DNA from: Epiperipatus broadwayi | Lineage: Eukaryota > Animalia > Onychophora | Assembly: GCA_028023455.1 (NCBI GenBank) | Contig: JAQFVV010000002.1 | Location: 2,418,001 to 2,482,000, forward strand | Length of the DNA stretch: 64,000 bases | Reading direction: 5' to 3' | In this document: positions 54,721 through 64,000 of the stretch, piece by piece | Numbering within the stretch: position 1 is the stretch's first letter | How the letters are laid out: the number at the start of each line of letters is the position of its first letter | Program-made: the position numbers and the translations under genes | Notes under the pieces: generated by a model | Databases searched by the model: none | What the model saw: only the letters and a program-made list of their open reading frames with translations | What the model was told of the DNA's origin: nothing

Positions 54721-57379
54721 ATGCACTATCAGAAACCCACAATCAATGTGAAAGGGTTAAAGTTCTTATTCTTATTTATGTGGCATTTTAAGAAATATAA
54801 AGTTTTGATATTATTATCATATCAGATAATTAATAAATTGACATTATACACTTTTCATGAATAATAATATCTTCCACAATTATAATCTTATAATCATAGT
54901 GTATCTTTTATAAATCATGTGCGGTAATATGAATATATAATTAATGTTTATAATACATGTGTGTAGTGATGAAGATCAATAATGATTTGGACATAACAAG
55001 GAAAGAAACTCTCAACACATAATATTAATTTAAAACAGCATCAACAAATTTATTTTAACAAATATTATTTAAATTTTACAAAATTTAATATTTACATTCC
55101 AAAAAAAAAATATTTACACCATGAAAAAAAAATACAATAATCATCATCATAAATAGTTTCCAATTCAACTATTTATCATAAAGTAATAATATAAAAAAAA
55201 TATATTATAATTTGATGGTAATCCTGTTACCTTTTCTAAAATTATGATATTACTATGCATTATTATTACCAAAACATATTCATAGATAATTGTAAGTTCA
55301 ATAAATAAAACGATTTCTAGATAATGACAGATTTTTTTATAATCATTTCCATAAATTCTTCACCTTCGCTATCCATGTAGTTTATTAATATAACTATACA
55401 TTAATAAAGAAAAATATATTCTTTAATAAGAATAAATTCTCTATTCTATAATTTATAATAGTATAAATTTATAATAACTCTATAACTTCATTATGTTTCA
55501 ATTTACTTTATTCATTAAAATAAGCATATTATTTTTAATAATATAAAAATCAATTAGATATATGGTATTTATCTACCAACTTGTTTGATGTTCATAACAT
55601 GCAGATTTCATTTTCATTCATACTTTCATAATCAGAATATGCATTTAATATTTTCTTGATCTCTTTTAATATTGGGAATATTAAATCATTCCATTAAATT
55701 CACATTAAATAAACATCATTTATGATAAATCTTACTATTCTTGCTTTCAACAAATTCTGACATTTTATAGTCTAGCCATTATTCTTCAAACATTTAATAA
55801 ACTATAGCAATTACAATGTAGGATCCAGTGATGATAAAAAGTGATTAAAGTGAGGGACACAAAATTACAATAACTAGAAACAAGTAATAAAAGCATGGGT
55901 GCAAACCTTAAGGTCACATATTCTTGTGTCTACCTTAAATTCCTATCATGACTTCTACCTGAGCACTTACTGAATTGCAGAAAGAAACACTACTAACCAT
56001 GAACTCTGTTAACCATATTTAACTTAGCAATTTACAAAGCTAGATTCAATAAATAATATTTCATATTCAAATGTCCCTATCACACAGGATTTCATTTCCA
56101 CTACTACTATTTCAAACCATTACTATTTATCATATACACTCAGAATACCTCCTTCAACATCACAAATAAATTTGATTATCTTAACATGAAATAATTTGTA
56201 AACTTCATTTTTAACAATATACTATAATATCAAGAAGATTGATTTTAAATATTTCACAATAATAAATACTTTCATTCAAATCTTTTCTTTATAAAAATAA
56301 TTCAAAGATCAAACATGAAAAGTTGTATCAAAATAGATACTGTTTTAATATTATATTAATAATTATACATGTTATTTTAAAAACATAATATATAATATAC
56401 ATACTCTTACTTTCTTATATCTAAATAATTTTAGAATACCCAACAGGTATATTTCTACCTTCATACAGTATTCAAGAATCAATAAGTATATCATAAATAA
56501 CAAAATAAACATACCATTTGGTTTTCCTTATTTAGCATTTTCATAATAAATAAATACATATATAAAATTTCAATACATATCAATAATAGCTTACCTTAAT
56601 CCTATCCTAAGGATTAATCATGTGAATCCATCCTTGCTGGGTGATGTCCTTGCATTTGAAAGATATAGACCTATTACCTCTGCAGAAAATATTAAATTTT
56701 CTGTCATCTTTTAATTTTATATATTAAGTAAATATTAAATTATATCTTATATCTAAAATAAATGATTATTAACTATTTCTTAAGTAATACATAAAAAAAT
56801 AAACTAAAAATGTTCATTTCTTGCTTGCAATTAAAATTGAGAGCTCCTTCCACACTCTGCATGATGCTTGCTTTATTCAGCATAAATATAAAATATTATA
56901 TCTAATAAAATGCACTTGAAATTTTGTCCATCTTTTCAGAATAACAATATTTTTAAAATAAAGTTTGTTACATTTCTCAAAGATGACATAAATTTCCTGA
57001 AAAAAAATTCACAATCAAAATTATTTAATAAGGTAATTTTTTATACTTAAAAGTTTCTTCATTTATCCAGGCTTAATAAACATTGTAGAAATATTTTCTT
57101 TTAAAGTATTCATTATTTTTTTGTACAAAAGTATTATAAATCACTTTAACTTTTCAATAAATGGTTCTTTTAATTTAAAATTTTTCTTCCACATGTAAAC
57201 GTCCAATTTATAATAACTTGCAAGATTTTCACTGTTTTAAGTATTTAAACAATATTATCTTAGGAATTAATAATTTTAAAACAATAGTTATATTTGACTG
57301 TTGATTGATAATTTATACTTTAGAATTTAAAGTTTATAGATCTCTTCTCCAATAATTCATATTTCCTTCATACCAAAAT

Positions 57380-58420
57380 TTTCACAGAACTTGAAAAATA
57401 TTTTATACACATTCAGTCTCTTTAACGGTTAATAGATATATTATAAAAAGAAAACATCCACAAATAGCCTCCAGAATAAAACCAAGCTTATTTTCGCTAC
57501 AACTTGGGAAAACCAAGATAATCAGGTTAAATACCTCAACATATGTGTCAGTAAACATATAAATAGGCTGGACTACCAAATGATAGTTAAACCTTTGCAA
57601 GTATGGGGTCAGACACATCCTAATTCTTATATGCCTCGTTCCCACAAACTCGCAGCCCTCTCTTTATTCATGTTTAGAAACCATAACTTGTGCAAATAAG
57701 AGGCAGATAAAAGAAATAATCTTATTAATTATATGACAGATTTAAGAAAAATAGGACACACTCAATCATCCATTAGCAGAAAAGTTAATCAATTCTTTTA
57801 TAAAATAAACCATAATTACAGGAAAGAAAGCAAACCGAGAATCCTAATTCCATACATCCACTCAACAGCGCCAAAAGCCTTATTAATAAATTATCAAGTG
57901 ACTTTGAAGTCACTTTCCACTCACCTCCTAACACCAATAGACTTATCAATAACACCAAAGACAGGATCAAACCCGAACTCACCACTCAAGTTGTGTACAA
58001 AATCACCTGCCCCCAAAGAAATTGCATAGCAACATATTATGGAGAAACTAAAACTAACATTGCCACCAGAGTAGCTCAACATAGATACCTCTATAACAGA
58101 ACTAAAACAAAGCTTGAAGGCAGTTCGGTTTTCGTTAAGCATGAGAGAGCCACTGGCCAAGCTTTTCTACCTACCACAGCCAGTGTCATTTGCTCTGAAA
58201 TGAATGATATTAAATGCAAAGTCAGGGAAGCTTACTACATTGTAAGTGACCCAGCAGCAATCAATAGAAGAGAGGCCTGCTTTTCTCTCTGTCTCGAAAA
58301 TGGTCTATGTAGCATCTTCATATGAATTTGCATTAACATTACAGTTCTTAACCAAATACAAGTCACTATGAATATGGGACTATGAACTGTCCTGAAAATA
58401 CTTGGTGGTAACTTTTAATA
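57380..58420 (+). mobile_element. Penelope-like element 3' half (RT thumb, GIY-YIG endonuclease, degenerate hammerhead)
   Basis: IFATTWENQDNQVKYLNI...HPNSYMPRSHK...ILIPYI, then VYKITCPQRNCIATYYGETKTNIATRVAQHR...REAYYI (ORF 57993-58325). Hammerhead-like remnant at 58359-58404. Confidence 0.85.
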
Positions 58421-58579
58421 ATTTTACTTATGTTTAATAGCTTCATTATCTGTGCACAGAGCACATATATATATTAATTGATAACATTTTTCCAAAACTG
58501 GTCACATATCTAATTTTGATTATATTAAAATACTATTTTAAAATTTTTTAACAACTATAAGAGAGTCTAGTAAAATTTT

Positions 58580-60497
58580 GTGGTAAAATACAGCATATTC
58601 CAATTTTATCTACCTCTGCACCTAGTTATTTACTCAATCATTAGTCTATCCAAGCATCAATGTGTCCATTTATTTAGCTATTTGTTCATTTATCTGATAT
58701 CTATCTTTTCAATATATCTATCTATTCATCTGTCATTATATATATATGTCTTTATGTATTCATCTATCCATCTATTAAATCATTCATTTATTTATCTATT
58801 TATTAATCATTCATTTATTTATCTATTTATTACTTATCATCAATAAATTCATTTATCTATGTCTACATTCATCTCTTCATTGATAAGAATGTTCATTCAT
58901 TTATTTATTTATCTATTATTCATCCACCAATCATCTATCTATCTTTGCACTTATTTGTCTATCTATCTATTTATCTATCTGCTTTTCTATGTATCTATTT
59001 ATTTATCCATCCAACAATTCATATATTTGCATATTTAACCACTCACCATTCATTAATTTATTAGGTATTTATTTATGCACCTGCCTACCTATTTATCCAT
59101 ATATCTATCTTTTTATCTGTCTTCTATCTGCTTTTATCTATCTATGGGTTGGCTGGTTAAACAGATAAATAAATAGATAGATATAAAGTAATCTAGATAG
59201 TTAGGTAGGTGAATAGACACATAGGTAGACAGATCAACTGATAGGCAAAGAATGAGTATGTGGTTAGATAGTGAAATGGATGGTTGAAGGTATAAATACA
59301 TTGATAGGTAAAAAACCAGTAAAATATATAGATAGACATATGATCAGTGACAGATGGATAGGCAGATCAATATAGAAACAGAAAATTAAATTTTAATATA
59401 GTTAGGTAAGTAAACATATAAATAGATATGTAATAGATCAGTGGTTGGTTAGATATATAAATAGATATATAGTGGATCAATGTTTGGCTAGATAGTCAAA
59501 TGGATGAGAGGTGCATAAATAAATTGATAGGTAGAAAACCAAACAGATAGATAGTCAGATATATATATAAACATATAGAGATATAGACTGATAGATAGGC
59601 ATTTAAATAGAAAGATACATAGATATATAAATAGAAAAGGGATTGATGGGTGATTGTAGATTTGAATATAGAGTTGAATGCCTAAATAAATTTATAGAAA
59701 AAAAAACCCAAATAAACAGATAAATAGACAGATAGATAGATAAGTAAGCACATAGAAACAAATGGATAGGCATTTAGGTAGATATGTAAGGTAGACATAT
59801 TAATAGATAGGTAAGTGATTGACTGGTGTCTAGATAGTTAAATGGATGGTTGGATGCATAAATAAAGATAGAAAATGCAACAAATTGATAGAGATATGCA
59901 TACACAGACAGAAACATTGGGATAGGTAGATCAATACAACAAATCAGTCTGTTAAATAGACATTAATTTAGATAGATAGACATATAAATAAATATATAAT
60001 GGATCTGTGATATGATAGATAGTTAAATGGATGAGTGGTTGCATAAATTGATAGGCAGAAAACCATGATAGCTGGACAGATAGATATATTTACAGATATA
60101 TAGAGTGACAAACAGATAGTTAGGCATTTGGGTAGTTAGGTAGATAAACAGATAAATAAAAAGATAAGGGATTGATAGTTATATATTTAAATAGATAGTT
60201 GGATATCTAAATGAATTGATAGGTAGAAAATCAAATAAATGGATAGATAGACAGACAACAGATAGATAAATAGATAGATAAACGTATTGAGACAGACAAA
60301 TATCTAGGCATTTAGGTAGATATGTAGGTAGTCAGATTAATAAATATGTTAGGGATAGATAGAAGATGGCTAGATAGTTAAATGGATGGTTGGTTGCATA
60401 AAGAAATAGATAGGTAGAAACCAAAAAATAGCTGGATAAGCAGAGAAATAGACAAAGACATATCAATACAGGTAAATAGATAAAAAGATATAGATAA

Positions 60498-60531
<34 letters not shown>

Positions 60532-60561
60532 GGATGGATGGAATAGATAGATAGATGGATG

Positions 60562-60639
<78 letters not shown>

Positions 60640-61020
60640 AAAAGCCAGATATAAATAGGTAGACAGATAAAGATAAGGAATGAGTGGAGGCTAGATAGTT
60701 AAATGTTTCATTGGATGCATAAATAAATTGATAGTCATGTAGAGAGAAAGGTATAAATAAACAGATAGAGATACAGTTAATAGATAAACTGATAGAGACA
60801 GGTAAAAGATAGAGAGAGAGAGATATTGATAAGTAGCTAAAGAGACAGGTAAAAGATAAATAGGTAGATAGTAGATAGACATATGGACTGATAGATTTAT
60901 AAACAGATGGGCAAGTAAATAATAGATTAATAAATAAGTATAGAGGTAGATATATAGAGATAGATAAATAGTAGTTGAATGAATGTGTGGGTGAACTTGT
61001 TTGCTAAATAGATGGATGGT
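58580..61020. repeat. Complex GATA-derived minisatellite; TATC-rich up to ~59150, GATA-rich after, with a pure (GATA)n block at ~60490-60639
   Basis: The motif gatagttaaatggatgg...gcataaa...gataggtagaaaacc recurs about 7 times between 59260 and 60740. Strand polarity flips near 59150. Confidence 0.85.
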
Positions 61021-61190
61021 GTTATTTTTTTCTGCTTAAATTTTTTTTGATGATTTAATATAGTTTGATCAAAACTTTTTTTTGTTATCCAACTGATATC
61101 ATTTAGGCAAATGTCACCTTGCCAATATAAACCCATTTGAATTTTTTATTTTATTTCCATTTTATTATTATGCATGTATTCTGCAGTGGG

Positions 61191-62144
61191 ACATAACTTT
61201 GCATTCAAAGTAAGAGTCATAGATCACATGACACAATTCTCTTAAGCTTGTAAGATATAAACAGTGAGCATTGCCAATTGCTCAACAAGCTGTGTGATAA
61301 ATGCTTAGCCAGAGAAAGCATTTAAAATATCTCTGTCAAGACCTCCCCCCCAACCTCTGACCATGGTTTCATGCTTTGGCACTCCTCAGAGAGGTGCTAG
61401 GATAGCTTCAGACATTAGATCTAAAAATACCAACCCAAAGCCAGCATTTATCTAAAAGTTATCTATTGAGTGGAAAATGTGAACTTTTCAGACACCTACA
61501 TGTCTTCAAACCCAGTTATCCAACTCAAATAGCTATATGGGGCTGAGAGATCTTCAGCCGTACCATATATTAGTAGTCTTAGCCATATAACATTGCATAA
61601 GACTTAAGGCAGAGACTATAAATAGTCAAAATAAGAGTCATAGATCACATGGCCAATTCTCTTAAGCCTGTAAAATATAAACAATGAGCATTGCCAATTG
61701 CTCAATAAGCTTTATGATAAATGCTTAGCCAGAGAAAGCATTTAAAATATCTCTGTTGTCAAACCCTCCCCCCAAACCTCTGATCTTGGTTTCATGTTTT
61801 GGCACTCCTTAGAGAGGTGCTAGGATAGCTTCAGACACTAGATCTAAAAATACCAACCCAAAGCCAGCATTTATCTAAAAGTTATCTATTGAGTGGAAGA
61901 TGTCTGAAAATTTCAGATTTTCCACTCAATAGATAACGTTTAGATAAATGCTGGCTTTGGGTACCTGGTATTTTTAGATCTAGTGTCTGAAGCTATCCTA
62001 GTGCCTCTCTGAGGAGTGCCAAAGCATGAAACCATGGTCAGAGGTTGGGGGGGGGGGTTCTTGACATAGATATTTTAAATGCTTTCTCTGGCTAAGTATT
62101 TGTCACAAAGCTTGTTGAACAATTAGCAATGCTCATTGTTTATA
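61191..62144. repeat. ~421 bp tandem unit (about 1.7 copies) followed by a fold-back inverted partial copy
   Basis: taagagtcatagatcacatg occurs at 61211 and 61632. 61676-61900 is the reverse complement of 61920-62144, centred near 61910. No clear TSD found. Confidence 0.9.
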
Positions 62145-62446
62145 ATTTTATATTATTTGAGGTATTTAAAAAATGTTTTACAACGTTTTTTAATGTTTTT
62201 TTTTTTTTTTAAGTTTTATTCATTATGTGTGACATATGTTGGTTAATAGATGCTAGTAATTTATTTTCTTCTTGGTCAAATATTAATATATTGTTTTTGA
62301 ATTTATTTTCTTTCAATCATGTGTAATACACTTTTCCAGCTTTTAAAACTAAACAGTAACTCATAAAAACAATATAAATTCAATAGCAAAGCTTATATAC
62401 TAATAATTATTTGCTACTTGTATATAATTATCTTTGAATCTGATAT

Positions 62447-62822
<376 letters not shown>

Positions 62823-64000
62823 CCCTTAATGCAAACTATAATATAATATACATATATGTATTCGGTATTGAATACCTAAACTAATACAAACTATAATGAT
62901 CCACACTCTGTTGTGAATTGTAATACAAACTATGTAACCACATATTTCATCAATAAAGATTATGTTAAAAGTATTTATTATACACCATTTACATGTTCTT
63001 AATTTGCTTATTTTTTTAATTAAATATTATTTGATAAACTATTGTTTTTTGAAATTTTCTATTCTTGCATTTTTTTTGTCCTGCAAACATTCTTGAATTT
63101 TAAAATATCCATATTGTTTTGATATTAATATTTAATATTTACAGGTAGTATATCTATTTATATACTGTTTAACAAAATAGTTTTGATGAAATATCAAATT
63201 TTACTCTGACACCATAAACACATTTTATTTCCATAGTTCAGTTTAGTAATGCGTGTTCATTTAACTGTAAAAGTAAATTTAATGTTTTTCCATGTAAGCA
63301 ATTATCAAATATTAATATTTGCTCATTTGTGTTTCATTGACTGTGTGAATATTTTTTTAACCTTGCTTTAATAATTTATTTTGACACTGTATATTGGATA
63401 TGTAAAAATATTTTAGTATTGTTTTAAATTTTTATTAAGATAATTTTTGGGGGTATTTTCTGATTGTTAATATTTTTGATATGTCATTTCAAGAGTTATT
63501 TAATGATTTGTTTTTGGTCACGTGGCTATACTAATTTTATTGATATTCCATTTCCAGAGTTACTTGGATTTTTTTGGTTATGTGATTATGTTTTTTTTTA
63601 TGACAAATGTTTTTTTATATATAAAAATTCCAATTTTTTAACCGTTTGGACACAATAACTGATAACTGGGAGTATTATCTGACATCCTTTATCACTTGGT
63701 TGGGTCAGTGATGATTTTGGAAATTTCCCTCTCTAAACAAAATGGTGGAGAAGACATTCTAAATCTGTACCACAAATTATATGTTTTATAAGAACTCTAG
63801 AATATCAAAGTAAGCTACATGTTTTTGATTTTTTTTTTAAAAAAAAAAACAATCGTCCAACATATATAAATTTTTATATGTATGAATCTATATATGTAAA
63901 AAAAAATATAAATATATAAGTGTTAAAATTGTTTTTTTTTTTTAAATGTCAGCATTTCTTTTTTTTATTTAGGATTCTATAGTTGAAGATGTAGTACTAA

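Noticed and set aside
56595-56679. Minus-strand segment with strong splice signals (ttttctgcag| ... |gtaagc)
   Set aside because: All three frames contain stops and there is no homology. It could only be a non-coding exon, which cannot be supported without RNA data.
63973-64000. Strong acceptor (tttcttttttttatttag|) at the window edge, reading DSIVEDVVL
   Set aside because: It does not match the expected next ChAT exon and is too short to judge.

Overview
This is very AT-rich, CpG-depleted animal (invertebrate-type) genomic DNA, not prokaryotic. The only host coding sequence I can support is one internal exon (4134-4309, +) of a choline/carnitine O-acyltransferase, most similar to choline acetyltransferase (ChAT). 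I found no further exon of that gene in the next ~59 kb, so the rest is probably intron. That stretch is filled with decayed mobile elements: L1/Tx1-like, CR1-like and RTE LINEs, Penelope-like elements (PLE), a Ty3/Gypsy pol remnant, a Tigger/pogo remnant, a hAT MITE, a TIR element with telomere-like repeats, a tRNA-Gly pseudogene and long GATA/GGTA microsatellites. The most striking unexplained structure is a recurring insertion architecture shared by families with otherwise unrelated sequence. It consists of a 10-15 bp target-site duplication (TSD), a fold-back palindrome flush with one end, and a ~34-50 nt extra 'tail' at the other end, with no poly(A). One such family (4 copies) carries a hammerhead-ribozyme-like motif. 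This looks like PLE-mobilised, retrozyme-like non-autonomous retroelements. All coordinates were read by eye; ends of decayed elements are approximate.
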